Made by a program: the position numbers and the translations under genes
Shown here: piece by piece, positions 19,773 to 31,500 of the stretch
Layout of the letters: each line of letters opens with the position of its first letter
Numbering within the stretch: the stretch's first letter is position 1
From: a virus
Length of the DNA: 64,000 nucleotides
IMG/VR virus record: IMGVR_UViG_3300037488_001841
Coordinates: 1-64,000 of that record
Strand: one strand, 5' to 3'
Notes under the pieces: model-generated
The model's database searches: none
Seen by the model: only the letters and a program-made list of their open reading frames with translations
What the model was told of the DNA's origin: nothing

Positions 19773-20780
19773 ATGTCAAAAACCTTATTGGTTGATGGTA
19801 ACAATTTATTAAAGATAGGATTTCACGGGGCTCGTGACCTTTACAATAAAGGTGAACACGTCGGTGGTATTTGGCACTTTTTGAATACGTTACGTAAATT
19901 CTTAGAAGAAACTAACTTCAATAAAGTAGTTGTATTTTGGGATAGTAAAACAAGCTCTTCACAGAGAAGAATACTATACCCAAAGTACAAACTAAATCGT
20001 AATCCTTTAGAAAACGAAAGTAAGGAAGAATCATTTAGTAATCAAAAACAGAGAGTTAAACAATATCTTGAAGAGATGTTTGTAAGACAATTGGAGACAG
20101 AAAATTCGGAAGCGGATGATCTTATTGCTCACTACTGTAAAGTGTCTTCAGATGAAGAAAAAACCATATTCTCAAGTGATAGAGATTTAACTCAGTTGAT
20201 ATCAGAAAAGGTATCAATTTATTCCCCCCAAGCAAAAAGATACTTTAAGTTCGGTGATAAAATTAAACTTAAAGATTATGAATTTCCACATAATAACGTA
20301 AAGACCGTTAAAATATTGACGGGAGATAGTTCAGATAACATTGATGGTATATTTTACCTCGGAGAGAAAACTTTAGTTAAGTTTTTTCCTGAGATACTTG
20401 ATTCAGAGGTTTCTTTTACCGATATTTTAACAAAAGGTGAAGAGTTACTGAAAGAAAACAAAGATGTTGTTGTTCTACAAAATTTACTCAGTGGGAAGAC
20501 AAAAGAGGGGATTTACGGAGATGAGTTTTTTGTTGTTAATCAAAAAATAGTTGATTTATCTGAACCTTTAATATCCGATGAGGGAAAAGAATTAGTTGAA
20601 ATGTACCAATCAGAGTCGATGGATCCCGACGGTAGAGGACATAGAAATCTAATTAGAATGATGATGGAAGATGGGTTCTTCAAATACCTACCAAAGGGAG
20701 ATGATAATTGGGTTAATTTCTTAAAACCATTTTTGAAATTATCAAGAAAAGAAAAAACAAAATTTAGAAACAAAAAGTAA
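19773..20780 (+). CDS. 5'-3' exonuclease / T4 RNase H-like flap endonuclease
   Basis: LLVDGNN, YPKYK.NR, EADDLIA, SSDRDL.QL, GDSSDNI.G..LGEKT. Confidence 0.9.
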   Translation: MSKTLLVDGNNLLKIGFHGARDLYNKGEHVGGIWHFLNTLRKFLEETNFNKVVVFWDSKTSSSQRRILYPKYKLNRNPLENESKEESFSNQKQRVKQYLEEMFVRQLETENSEADDLIAHYCKVSSDEEKTIFSSDRDLTQLISEKVSIYSPQAKRYFKFGDKIKLKDYEFPHNNVKTVKILTGDSSDNIDGIFYLGEKTLVKFFPEILDSEVSFTDILTKGEELLKENKDVVVLQNLLSGKTKEGIYGDEFFVVNQKIVDLSEPLISDEGKELVEMYQSESMDPDGRGHRNLIRMMMEDGFFKYLPKGDDNWVNFLKPFLKLSRKEKTKFRNKK

Positions 20781-20790
20781 AAACAAAATT

Positions 20791-21240
20791 ATGAGAGATC
20801 AAGATGTAACAAAGGTAGAGTTTTTGTTAATGTGTAATGATAACATCGTAGTACAACGATTTTTTAATGTGAAAGGTTTTAATAGAAGCGCTCACAAATC
20901 AGAAGAGTTTTACGATTATATCCGTAGTTTTACAGAAAAACTACAATACAATTTAAAGATGAGAAGTATTGTCTATATGCTAGACAATAAATATGAAATA
21001 GGGGAGAACCCTGAGATGTTAAATACGTCAATTACTGACGGTCCTGAAAATTTTAATGTGTATATTAAGGTTGGGGACATGACAATTTGTCAGAGAACTT
21101 TTGATGCTAAACTATACCCACCAAAGGTAAGATACACCGTAGACCTACGCCCACAACTAAAAGGTATACTAAGTGACCTGACTGACATTTTTTCAGGCAA
21201 AAATTTTAATTTTTATTATCCCGAATTTATCCAAAACTAA
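20791..21240 (+). CDS. Hypothetical protein
   Basis: 149-aa ORF inside the replication operon. Confidence 0.7.
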   Translation: MRDQDVTKVEFLLMCNDNIVVQRFFNVKGFNRSAHKSEEFYDYIRSFTEKLQYNLKMRSIVYMLDNKYEIGENPEMLNTSITDGPENFNVYIKVGDMTICQRTFDAKLYPPKVRYTVDLRPQLKGILSDLTDIFSGKNFNFYYPEFIQN

Positions 21241-21274
21241 TAGTATTTATCTTTACTAACAGAAGGAAAATTAT

Positions 21275-22666
21275 ATGGCGACAAACAAAAATTTTGAGTA
21301 TTTGGGTAACGTATTCCAATTACAATTATTAAATCAAATGGTCCTAGACAAGGACTTTTCACACTCAATTATTGATGTGATAGAGAACAATTATTTTGAG
21401 AATAAATATTTTAAAATAATTGTACAAATGATAAGAGAGTATTATACAAAATACAATCACACACCATCATTTGAAACATTAGAACAGATTACAAAATCTG
21501 AATTACAACAAGAAATTGCGTCTAAAGTTGTATTAGACACAATTAAGAAAATCAAGGATGCACCTATCGACGGAGTGGATTTTGTACAAGAAAAGGCATT
21601 AAAGTTCTGTAAACAACAAGAGTTACAGAAAGTAATGGGTAAGGCACAAAAGATCATTGACGGTGGTGAATTTGAGAACTACGATGCCCTTGAAGAGATG
21701 GTCAGAGGAGCATTACAAGTTGGAGAAAAAGATACAAGTATTTTGGATGTTTTCTCCAACATGGATCAGGTGTTAGACGACGATTACAGACATCCAATTC
21801 CAATGGGAATACCTGGTATTGACCGATTAATGAAAGGTGGTTTGGCTAAAGGAGAGATCGGTGTGATTTTAGCACCAACAGGGGTTGGTAAATCAACTGT
21901 CTTAACTAAAATTGCTAACCACGCATTTAACTTAGGATTTAACGTATTACAAATCTTTTTTGAGGATAACCCAAAGGTAATTCAGAGAAAACATTACACC
22001 CTTTGGACTAAGATACATCCTGACGAATTGTCAGAAAAAAGAGATGTGGTTATCCAAAAAGTTAAAGAGATTGAGGAAACCATGAGTAATAAGTTAATTA
22101 TGAAAAAATTACCATCCGATACTGTAACAATGTTACAAATTAAGAATCAAATTAGAAAGATGATTGCGGATGGTTTGAAGGTTGATATGGTTTTACTTGA
22201 TTACATTGACTGTGTTGTTCCTGATAAGAACTTGGGGGATGAATGGAAGAGTGAAGGATCTGTAATGAGAGGTTTTGAAGCGATGTGTCACGAACTTAAT
22301 TTAGTTGGATGGACAGCAACACAAGGAAATAGAAGTTCTATATCTTCTGAGGTTGTTACCACTGACCAAATGGGTGGATCTATTAAGAAGGCACAAGTTG
22401 GGCACGTTATCATTACCGTTGCTAAGACATTACAACAAAAAGAAATGAAATTAGCAACTATTGCCATCACTAAATCAAGAATAGGTGATGATGGAATTGT
22501 CTTTGAAAATTGTAAATTTGATAATGCGATGATTGATATTGACACTGAAAGTTCAATGACATTCTTAGGATTAGAGGAAAAACAAGAAGAAAGACAAAGA
22601 CAAAGAGTTAGAGAATTGTTGGAAAAAAGACAACAAAAACAAAAAGACGAAACAAAAAACAATTAA
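21275..22666 (+). CDS. Replicative DnaB/gp41-like helicase
   Basis: GGLAKGE..APTGVGKS, LLDYID, WTATQGNR, KSRIG. Confidence 0.9.
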   Translation: MATNKNFEYLGNVFQLQLLNQMVLDKDFSHSIIDVIENNYFENKYFKIIVQMIREYYTKYNHTPSFETLEQITKSELQQEIASKVVLDTIKKIKDAPIDGVDFVQEKALKFCKQQELQKVMGKAQKIIDGGEFENYDALEEMVRGALQVGEKDTSILDVFSNMDQVLDDDYRHPIPMGIPGIDRLMKGGLAKGEIGVILAPTGVGKSTVLTKIANHAFNLGFNVLQIFFEDNPKVIQRKHYTLWTKIHPDELSEKRDVVIQKVKEIEETMSNKLIMKKLPSDTVTMLQIKNQIRKMIADGLKVDMVLLDYIDCVVPDKNLGDEWKSEGSVMRGFEAMCHELNLVGWTATQGNRSSISSEVVTTDQMGGSIKKAQVGHVIITVAKTLQQKEMKLATIAITKSRIGDDGIVFENCKFDNAMIDIDTESSMTFLGLEEKQEERQRQRVRELLEKRQQKQKDETKNN

Positions 22667-22681
22667 AAAAAATTAAAGAAA

Positions 22682-23629
22682 ATGGAAAAAATATTAGTTG
22701 AAAATCCTAATAGGTTTGTCATCTTCCCAATTGAACACAATGATATTTGGGAATATTACAAAATGCATCAAGCTGCTTTTTGGACGGCTGAGGAGGTTGA
22801 TTTAACGAATGATATTCGTGACTGGGAAAAATTGACGGATAATGAAAAATTCTTTGTGAAGAACGTATTATCGTTTTTTGCGGCTTCTGATGGAATTGTT
22901 AATGAGAATTTGGCGGAAAACTTTTACCGAGAGGTTCAGTATCCTGAAGCGAAATTCTTTTATGGGTTCCAATTAGCGATGGAGAATATTCACTCGTTAA
23001 TGTACTCATTATTGATTGATACTTACATTAGTGACCCAAAAGAGAAAGATGAGTGTTTTAATGCGATTGAGAACTTACCGGCAGTTAAGAAGAAAGCGAC
23101 TTGGGCATTAAATTGGATAGATAATTCATCATTCCAAGAAAGATTAGTGGCGTTTGCGGCAGTTGAAGGGATCTTCTTTTCAGGGTCATTTTGTTCTATC
23201 TTTTGGATGAAATCAAGAGGGATCATGCAAGGATTATGTAACGCTAATTCACTAATATTTAAAGATGAAAATTTACATTGTGATTTTGCCATCCATTTAT
23301 TGAATAATCATTGTGATGAAAAACCGTCTGAAAAAAGAATTAAAGAAATTTTGTTATCCGCTTTGGAGATTGAAAAAGAATTCATTACTGAATCATTACC
23401 TGTTTCATTAATTGGAATGAATTCAAACCTAATGAAACAATACTTAGAGTTTGTTGTTGATGGATTACTTCTTAAGTTTGGATGTAGTAAAGAATTTAAT
23501 GTTGAACAACCATTTAAGTTCATGGAACAAATTGCGGTTGAAACAAAAGGTAATTTCTTTGAATCCAGAACAATGGAATATCAAAAGGCGAAATTAAATG
23601 AAACAATTACATTTGAAGAAGATTTTTAA
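22682..23629 (+). CDS. nrdB: Ribonucleotide reductase class Ia, beta subunit
   Basis: [42 protein letters not shown]. Confidence 0.97.
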   Translation: MEKILVENPNRFVIFPIEHNDIWEYYKMHQAAFWTAEEVDLTNDIRDWEKLTDNEKFFVKNVLSFFAASDGIVNENLAENFYREVQYPEAKFFYGFQLAMENIHSLMYSLLIDTYISDPKEKDECFNAIENLPAVKKKATWALNWIDNSSFQERLVAFAAVEGIFFSGSFCSIFWMKSRGIMQGLCNANSLIFKDENLHCDFAIHLLNNHCDEKPSEKRIKEILLSALEIEKEFITESLPVSLIGMNSNLMKQYLEFVVDGLLLKFGCSKEFNVEQPFKFMEQIAVETKGNFFESRTMEYQKAKLNETITFEEDF

Positions 23630-23640
23630 ATAAAAAATAT

Positions 23641-26073
23641 ATGATGTCACTTAAAATACTTAAAAGAGATGGGGATAATGTATCATTTAACCCACAAAAA
23701 ATTTACAATCGTGTAAAACGATCAGCAAAAGGTCTGAACGTAAATTCAGATGAGATTTTTATTAAAGTTATTACTTCAGTACCTACTGAAGGTGAAATAA
23801 CAACAAAAGAATTGGATAAACTTGTATATGAGATTGCCGCTTCATATACCGGTAGTCACCATGATTACTCAAGATTAGCATCTTCAGTTGCTATCTCATC
23901 ATATCATAAAGAAACAAACCCTAGTTTTTCTGAAACTATGATGTTACTTTATAGTGATGATATCATTAATGAAAAATTAATTGAAACCATTAAAGAGTAT
24001 GGTGAAGATAGTATTGATGCGGTTATTAATCACGATAATGATTATAATTTTGATTATTTCGCTTGGAGATCACTACAAGAAATGTATCTTTTAAAGAGAC
24101 CTAATGGTGTTACGGTTGAAAGACCACAACATATGTATATGAGAATAGCATTGTGGGTTACAGATACGTTTGTTGAAGCGGTAGAGTATTACAAATCACT
24201 ATCAAATCAACTTATATCTAAAGCAACTCCGATTATGATTAATTCTGGTACAAAAGTACCTCAATTAGCATCTTGTGTATTACACTATAATAACTCTGAC
24301 TCAAGAAAAGGGTTGTTAGATACTTTAACGGACATTTCAACGTTCTCATCTGATGCGGCAGGTATTGGTTTATCTATGTCAAACATTAGAAGTAAAGAAA
24401 GTAGAATTTCAAGTTCAGGTGGATATGCTGGTGGTTTGTTAAAATACCTTAAAATTGTTAACGAATCATTACGTTTCTTTAATCAACAAGGTCGTAGACC
24501 TGGATCGGCAGCGATTTATCTTGAGCCTTGGCACAAAGATATAATAGATCTATTAGACATTAAAAAGAACACCGGTGCGGAAGAATTGAGAGCACGTGAT
24601 TTATTTACAGCGCTTTGGTTACCCGATAACTTCATGAAAGCGGTTAAAGATAATACTGATTGGTATTTGTTCTGTCCTAATGATATTAGTAAGGCAGGTT
24701 TAAAACCACTACAAGAATGTTATGGTGATGAATACGAGCAGATGTATGATAAAGCGGTACAAATGGGGTTAGGTAAAAAAGTTTCAGCACAAACAATTTG
24801 GACTAAAATTATTGAATCACAAGTTGAAACTGGTGTTCCATATTTATGTTCTAAAGATAGTGCTAACAGAAAAACAAACCATCAGAACATCGGAGTAATC
24901 AAACAATCAAACCTTTGTAATGAGATTTACCAATACACAGATGAGGAAACAACTGCGATCTGTACGTTATCTTCAATCGTATTAAAAAACTTTGTTAAAA
25001 GTAATAAATTTGATTTTCAATTGTTATTTGAGGAAGTTAGAAAAGTCGTTAGAACTTTGAATAAAGTTGTTGATATTAATAACTACTCAACACAAAAAGG
25101 ATTAAAAGGTGGGCTAGAACAAAGAGCAATTGCTGTAGGTACTCAAGGATTAGCAGATGTGTTTTATTTACTTGATTTAATCTTTACTGAAGAAGAGGCA
25201 AAAACTTTAAACAAACAAATTTTTGAGACCATTTATTATGGGGCGATTTACGAAAGTAATGATTTGTGTAAAAAAGGTAAGTACAAACCATATAAATTCT
25301 TTAAGGGATCGCCAATGTCAAAAGGAGTTTTCCAATACGATATGTGGGGGTTAACTGAAAATGATTTATCGGGATATTGGGATTGGAATAAATTAAAGAA
25401 TGATGTTAGTGAATATGGGGTATGTAATTCATTATTTACGGCACAAATGCCTGTTGCTTCTTCCGCTAAAATCACAGGATCATTTGAAATGACTGAACCG
25501 GCTCACTCGGCTTTATTTAATAGACGTGTGGTTGGGGGTGAGATTATGATTGTAAACAAATATCTAATCGCTGACTTTGAGAAAATTGGAATATGGTCTG
25601 AGGACTTAAAGAATGAGATCATCATGAATGAAGGTTCTATTCAAAACATCAATTTTAATAATTATTTAGATCCTGAGGATAAGAATTACAATAAGAAAGT
25701 GAAACGAATTGAACATTTAATCCCTAAATACAAAACAATTTGGGAGATTTCACAAAAACAACTTATTGATATGGCGGCAGATAGAGCACCATTTATTGAT
25801 CAATCACAATCAATGAATATCTATATGTCAAACCCAACATTATCAAAAATTACCTCATCACACTTCCATTCATGGGAAAAAGGATTGAAAACTTTATGTT
25901 ATTATGTTAGAACTAAGGCAATCTCAACAGGAGCAAAACACTTGGCGTTGGATATGACTAAAAGAGATAAACCAAAAGTTACACCAGAACCACCAAAAGT
26001 TGATTATACAAATATGAACTTACCACCAAAACCTGATAGTTCAGAGTTTGAGTGTTTTGGATGTTCATCGTAA
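23641..26073 (+). CDS. nrdA: Ribonucleotide reductase class Ia, alpha subunit with ATP cone
   Basis: N-terminal KRDG ATP cone, QLASC, SNLCNEI, CTLSS, MPVASS, YYVRT, C-terminal CFGCSS; no intein or intron. Confidence 0.97.
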   Translation: MMSLKILKRDGDNVSFNPQKIYNRVKRSAKGLNVNSDEIFIKVITSVPTEGEITTKELDKLVYEIAASYTGSHHDYSRLASSVAISSYHKETNPSFSETMMLLYSDDIINEKLIETIKEYGEDSIDAVINHDNDYNFDYFAWRSLQEMYLLKRPNGVTVERPQHMYMRIALWVTDTFVEAVEYYKSLSNQLISKATPIMINSGTKVPQLASCVLHYNNSDSRKGLLDTLTDISTFSSDAAGIGLSMSNIRSKESRISSSGGYAGGLLKYLKIVNESLRFFNQQGRRPGSAAIYLEPWHKDIIDLLDIKKNTGAEELRARDLFTALWLPDNFMKAVKDNTDWYLFCPNDISKAGLKPLQECYGDEYEQMYDKAVQMGLGKKVSAQTIWTKIIESQVETGVPYLCSKDSANRKTNHQNIGVIKQSNLCNEIYQYTDEETTAICTLSSIVLKNFVKSNKFDFQLLFEEVRKVVRTLNKVVDINNYSTQKGLKGGLEQRAIAVGTQGLADVFYLLDLIFTEEEAKTLNKQIFETIYYGAIYESNDLCKKGKYKPYKFFKGSPMSKGVFQYDMWGLTENDLSGYWDWNKLKNDVSEYGVCNSLFTAQMPVASSAKITGSFEMTEPAHSALFNRRVVGGEIMIVNKYLIADFEKIGIWSEDLKNEIIMNEGSIQNINFNNYLDPEDKNYNKKVKRIEHLIPKYKTIWEISQKQLIDMAADRAPFIDQSQSMNIYMSNPTLSKITSSHFHSWEKGLKTLCYYVRTKAISTGAKHLALDMTKRDKPKVTPEPPKVDYTNMNLPPKPDSSEFECFGCSS

Positions 26074-26095
26074 GATGGATCGCGTATCATCAGAG

Positions 26096-26120
26096 AATCC
26101 CGGCTAAGTCGGGATTTTTT
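26096..26120 (+). terminator. Rho-independent terminator
   Basis: AATCCCGGC-taa-GTCGGGATT followed by a T-run. Confidence 0.8.
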
Positions 26121-26169
26121 ATTTTCTAATGTATTTATTCAAAAATTATTGAGAGTATATTTATTGAAT

Positions 26170-26628
26170 ATGGCAAATGGAATAACATATGGTTTAACTT
26201 TCCCGTTTAGAGATTCATTCGTTGGTAGATATTTGGATACTTCTAATGATACTGATGAGGAAATAAGAAGTAATCTTGTGCACTTATTATTAAGTAAAAA
26301 GGGAACAAGGTATTTTTTACCTGATTTTGGATCAAGATTATATGAATATATCTTTGAACCATTGGATGGCCCAACATTTAGTGAAATTGAAAGTGAGATA
26401 AGGGATTCGGTTGGTAAATATATGCCAGGTATCCTGATTACTAACATTAAGATCACAGACGCTTCAATGGGGGATGAAAATCAAGGAACTTATATAAACC
26501 AATATGGTGAGAAAGAATTTACAGTTCCAAACATTGCTCAATTAGAACACACGGCAAAAGTAAGAATTGATTATAGAAACACTAATAATGCTTTCAATTC
26601 AAGCGATTTTGTAATTATCAATATTTAA
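26170..26628 (+). CDS. Baseplate wedge protein gp25-like
   Basis: IRSNL.HLLL..KG.R...PDFGSRLY..IFEP; start moved to ATG 26170. Confidence 0.9.
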   Translation: MANGITYGLTFPFRDSFVGRYLDTSNDTDEEIRSNLVHLLLSKKGTRYFLPDFGSRLYEYIFEPLDGPTFSEIESEIRDSVGKYMPGILITNIKITDASMGDENQGTYINQYGEKEFTVPNIAQLEHTAKVRIDYRNTNNAFNSSDFVIINI

Positions 26629-26634
26629 TAGTAT

Positions 26635-28473
26635 ATGGCGAATAAAAAAATATCGTACACAACGAGAGATTTTGCGGGAATAAGAACTGAACTTATTAAT
26701 TTTACAAGAACTTATTACCCTGACCTTGTTCAGAATTTTAATGATGCTGGGGTATTCTCGGTATTATTAGATTTAAATGCTGCGGTAACAGACAACTTAC
26801 AGTTTCAAATTGATAGAAGTATTCAAGAAACTGTTTTACAATACGCTCAACAAAAATCATCAATTTATAATATTGCAAGAACATATGGTTTAAAAATCCC
26901 CGGATCAAGACCATCTGTCGCTTTAGTTGATTTTTCTATTACTGTTCCTGCTTTTGGGGATAAGGAAGATTTAAGATACTGTGGTATTTTAAGACGAGGA
27001 TCTCAAGTAAATGGTGCAGGACAACCATTTGAAACTGTTTATGATATTGACTTTGCTTCCCCAACAAATGCGGAAGGGTCTCCAAATAGATTAAAAGTTC
27101 CAAATTTTGATTCTAATAATAATTTAATTAATTATACGATTACAAAAAGAGAAGTTGTTGTTAATGGTATAACGAAAGTTTTTAAAAGAGTAATCACCCC
27201 AAATGATGTTAAACCATTCTTTGAATTATTTTTACCTGAAAAAAATGTTTTAGGTATTACAAGTGTTTTACTTAAAGATGGGACACAATACACTTCGCCG
27301 CCTTCGGCTCAAGAATTTTTGGGATTAGAGAATAGATGGTATGAAGTACAAGCGTTAGCAGAAGACAGGGTTTTTATTGAAGACCCAACTAAACCGTCTG
27401 ATCAGCCCGGTATTAAGGTTGGTAAATATATTGTAACAAATACAAAATTTATTAGTGAGTTTACACCTGAAGGATTTTGTAAATTAACCTTCGGTGGGGG
27501 AAATGTGTCTGCTGAAGAACAATTAAGAGAATTTGCGAGAGACGGTGTAGGGTTTGACTTAAACAAATATGTAAATAATTTTGCTTTGGGTAGTGCGTTG
27601 AAATCAAATTCAACTTTATTCGTACAATATAGAGTCGGTGGAGGTCAAGCAACAAACTTGGGGGTTAATATAATTACTCAAATAGGTACGGTGTCATTTT
27701 TTGTTAATGGACCATCAGAGTCCGTTAATTCGACGGTAGTAAATTCACTTAGAGTAAATAACGTAACTGCGGCGATTGGAGGATCTAATCCGCCAACAAC
27801 AGAAGAAGTAAGGCAATATGTGACTTATAATTTTGCCGCACAAAATAGAGCCGTTACCATTAATGATTATGAGTCAGCATTAAGAACAATGCCTTCTCAA
27901 TTCGGAGCACCTGGTAAAGTTTCTATTGTTGAGGAAAATAATAAAGTTAAGATTAAAATGTTATCTTACGACACTAGTGGTAATTTAACGGAGGTAGTTT
28001 CAAACACACTTAAGAATAATGTTGCTAATTATTTGTCAAATTATAGAATGATTAACGATTACATATCGGTTGAAACTGCAAATGTAATTGATTTAGCGAT
28101 TGATGTTGATGTTATTTTGGATTCAAGTCAAAATCAAGGATCTATTGTCGCTAAGATAATTAATATTATAACCGCTTATTTTAGTCCGGCGGTTAGAGGG
28201 TTAGGCCAAAACGTTTATGTGTCTGAAATAAGACGATTAATACAAAGTGAAAATGGGGTAATATCTATTTCAGATATTTTTGTTTATAATAAGGTTGGGG
28301 GACAGTATTCATCATCCCAAACATCACAACCATATGAGGACCCCTCAACAAAACAAATCAAATTAGTTGCTGATACGGTATTTGCGGAACCAACCCAAAT
28401 ATATCAAATTAGGTATCCAAATAAGGATATTACGGTTAATGTTCTTAACTTCAGAACGATTAATTTCTCCTGA
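26635..28473 (+). CDS. Baseplate wedge protein gp6 / baseplate J-like
   Basis: YTTRDF..IR..L, L.FG.G, YRVGGG..TN, AAIGGS, AQNRAVTINDY. Confidence 0.9.
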   Translation: MANKKISYTTRDFAGIRTELINFTRTYYPDLVQNFNDAGVFSVLLDLNAAVTDNLQFQIDRSIQETVLQYAQQKSSIYNIARTYGLKIPGSRPSVALVDFSITVPAFGDKEDLRYCGILRRGSQVNGAGQPFETVYDIDFASPTNAEGSPNRLKVPNFDSNNNLINYTITKREVVVNGITKVFKRVITPNDVKPFFELFLPEKNVLGITSVLLKDGTQYTSPPSAQEFLGLENRWYEVQALAEDRVFIEDPTKPSDQPGIKVGKYIVTNTKFISEFTPEGFCKLTFGGGNVSAEEQLREFARDGVGFDLNKYVNNFALGSALKSNSTLFVQYRVGGGQATNLGVNIITQIGTVSFFVNGPSESVNSTVVNSLRVNNVTAAIGGSNPPTTEEVRQYVTYNFAAQNRAVTINDYESALRTMPSQFGAPGKVSIVEENNKVKIKMLSYDTSGNLTEVVSNTLKNNVANYLSNYRMINDYISVETANVIDLAIDVDVILDSSQNQGSIVAKIINIITAYFSPAVRGLGQNVYVSEIRRLIQSENGVISISDIFVYNKVGGQYSSSQTSQPYEDPSTKQIKLVADTVFAEPTQIYQIRYPNKDITVNVLNFRTINFS

Positions 28474-28546
28474 TAATTTATTTTTCAAATAAAAGAATTA
28501 TTTTTTGAAAATAGGAAATAAACTATTTATCAAGAAAGAATAAATA

Positions 28547-31500
28547 ATGCCAAAATCATATAGAATACGTACAACACCTGGTACTGAGAAGACAATTAAT
28601 ATTCAATTAGAACAGGATTTTGAATTCTTGGAGATATTATCGCTAAAGATTAATCAGGGAGACATCTATAATAGAATGTGTTCTGATTATGGTGTTATTA
28701 TTGGCAGGGTGTTGGTTAACAACGGATACGGAGTTCCAAATGCTAGAGTTTCGGTTTTTATACCAATCGATGACATTGACATTGACAACCCAATAATCTC
28801 TGAACTTTATCCATATCGAACATTATCAGATGTGAGTGAGGATGGATATAGGTATAATTTATTACCAAAAGAACCATCATATACTGGTCATGCGGCAACA
28901 GGGACTTTCCCAAATAAAGAAGAAATATTAATTGATCAGTCATATGTTGAGGTTTATGACAAATATTATAGATTCTCTGTAAGAACAAATGATAGTGGTG
29001 ACTACATGATATTTGGTGTTCCAACAGGAACCCAAACAATATTGATGGATGTTGATTTATCGGATATTGGTTGTTTTTCACTTTCACCACAAGATTTAAT
29101 TGATTCGGGAGTTGCGGTTGAGTCACAAGTTAATGGGTCTAAATTTAAAACATCCACTAATCTTAGTGAATTACCTCAAATTGTGACATTAAATAAGATA
29201 ATTGAAGTTGCGCCGTTATGGGGTGAACCTGAGATATGTTTATTGGGTATCACTAGAGCTGATTTTGATTTAACGTCAAGCGCGAATATTACCATAAAAC
29301 CTAATGCGGTATTTATGGGTTCATTAATATCAACTACAGATGATGATGCTGTTAGAGCAATAACTTGTATGCCAAAAAATGATACGGGTAATTTATGTGA
29401 GTTAATTTCGGGTCCTGGTCAAATACTAACAATTAGACAAACTATAAATGTTGATCAAGATGGGAGACCAATTCTTGAAACACATGAATTAGATGAGGAT
29501 GGTAAAGTCATTGATGCTGATGGAGCATTTTTAATAAATGTTCCGATGAACTTAAATTATATTGTGACGAATGAATTTGGCGAACAAGTTTTATCTAATG
29601 ACCCTAAAAAAGGTATACCAACTAAAGGTAAATATAGATTTAAATTTAAGTGGCAAAATGAACAGGGGTTACAAAACCCATTTTTAAGGGGTCATTATTT
29701 GGTTCCTAACATAAAAGAACACGGGTGGGTAACTTCAGTTATAGATCCGTTAATAAACTATCCTACAACACAATATCAATTTACATTACCAGGGGGTACC
29801 TTTACTACAACAGTTACATTAAATAACACCTCAACAGGTGGGTTAGTTTTAGACAACAAGATTAATGTTGAAAGTTTTACCGTTTTATTAAATGGTATTC
29901 CTTATTTTGGTGACTTAGAAAGTATTCCAATAACAGTTATACCGACAACTATTACGATAAATGTTGTACCTATTAACCCTGGTACTTTAACTCAATTTAA
30001 TTATACATTCTACCAACAACCGACATTTGATGCTTTAAGATCATATGCGTTTAGTTTAGATTGGAATGATTACGGTGACAATACAACTGTTGTTGGTCAA
30101 CAAATGATACAAGAAGCAATTGATTGTGAGGATAAATTTTATGAGTTTAATTACAATAAAGTTTACACCACCTCAATGTTTTTGGATCGTTATAAAAAAG
30201 GTGCGGGTAGGGCAAAACATTTGGGTATTAAAGAAATTGACGATAGAACTTGTAAATCTACAGTTAATACATTTCCTGTTAATGATATCATCCGAAATTT
30301 TGATTTTATATTTTTTGTATTTAATTTATTAATCAATATCCTTGCAATACCAATATTGGTTATATTATTTGTTGCTCACTTTATTGCATTTATTTGGCCT
30401 GTTTTAAAATATTTATTAATTGTTTTAGGTGTTTATTTTGCTTATCAGGCAATATCAGATGGGGTTGAATTAACAAACTGGATTATTTCGGCAACTTCTA
30501 CCGTATCTGTTCCTGGCGGACCTGTATTTAGTGCGGGTCTTATATTACAAATTGCTTTGTATTATGCAAAACTTCTTTTTAAACTAGGGTTATCATTAGC
30601 GTTTATTGCATTTACCGTAAAATACCTAATAAAAATAACTAATTTCCCAAGAATAGGATTACCTATGATGTCGTATCCTGAATGTACAAGTTGTGATTGT
30701 GATTGTGGTAATGCGGAATTAGATGATGATATTGATGAGAATACAGTTAATGCAAGTATAGAAGAACAACAAAATGGTTTAGACGACAGTGGAATACAAT
30801 ATGCTCAATCAACATCTTTTATAGCTCCTCTTAACTTAACCTCGTCTTATGATGTTAATCACCCTAATTTAAATAACTTTCCTGGTGAAGATAGTGATGA
30901 TAATGACAAAGGTTATTTTTTCGCGGGAGCATCTCTCTCAACAAACAAACAATATAAATCACTTATTAATAGAGTTGTAGATGATCAAGTAGGTGGAGAT
31001 GTTATTATAGATGCGATTTTTGATTTTAAACGATTATTTTCTGGATTTGATATTTTATCAAGTACGACTGACCCTAATGCATTTAATAAGTTTCACGCAC
31101 CACAACCATTCTTATTTGCTGCGGAAAAAACCAATGGTGCGGACGATAGATGGTTTGGACATCCGTTAAGTGAGACATATCCTCAAAAATTAAATGAATT
31201 TAATACTAGAGATAAATATTTTGGTAATATTGGTGTTGGAGGTGGAGGTTCAAATATAATACGAACTACGGTAAACCCTCAATTAAGTGTTGCCCCATAT
31301 AACTTAGGTACCCAACCAACATTTACCGATCAAATTGTTGTTGTTTTAGCAAATGCGGGAACTGCGCAAACATTAGGTATTGGTGAATTAGTAACATTCC
31401 AAGACCCTAATTTTAATAACGGACAGGTAATATCAAGAAAAATAAATTTAACAGGTGCAACAACAAATACTTTTGGTAATAATGCGGTCACGGGAACAAC

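Noticed and set aside
22682-26073. Introns or inteins in nrdA/nrdB (also checked helicase and UvsX)
   Set aside because: The ORFs are continuous and of normal length, with no homing endonuclease or intein motifs
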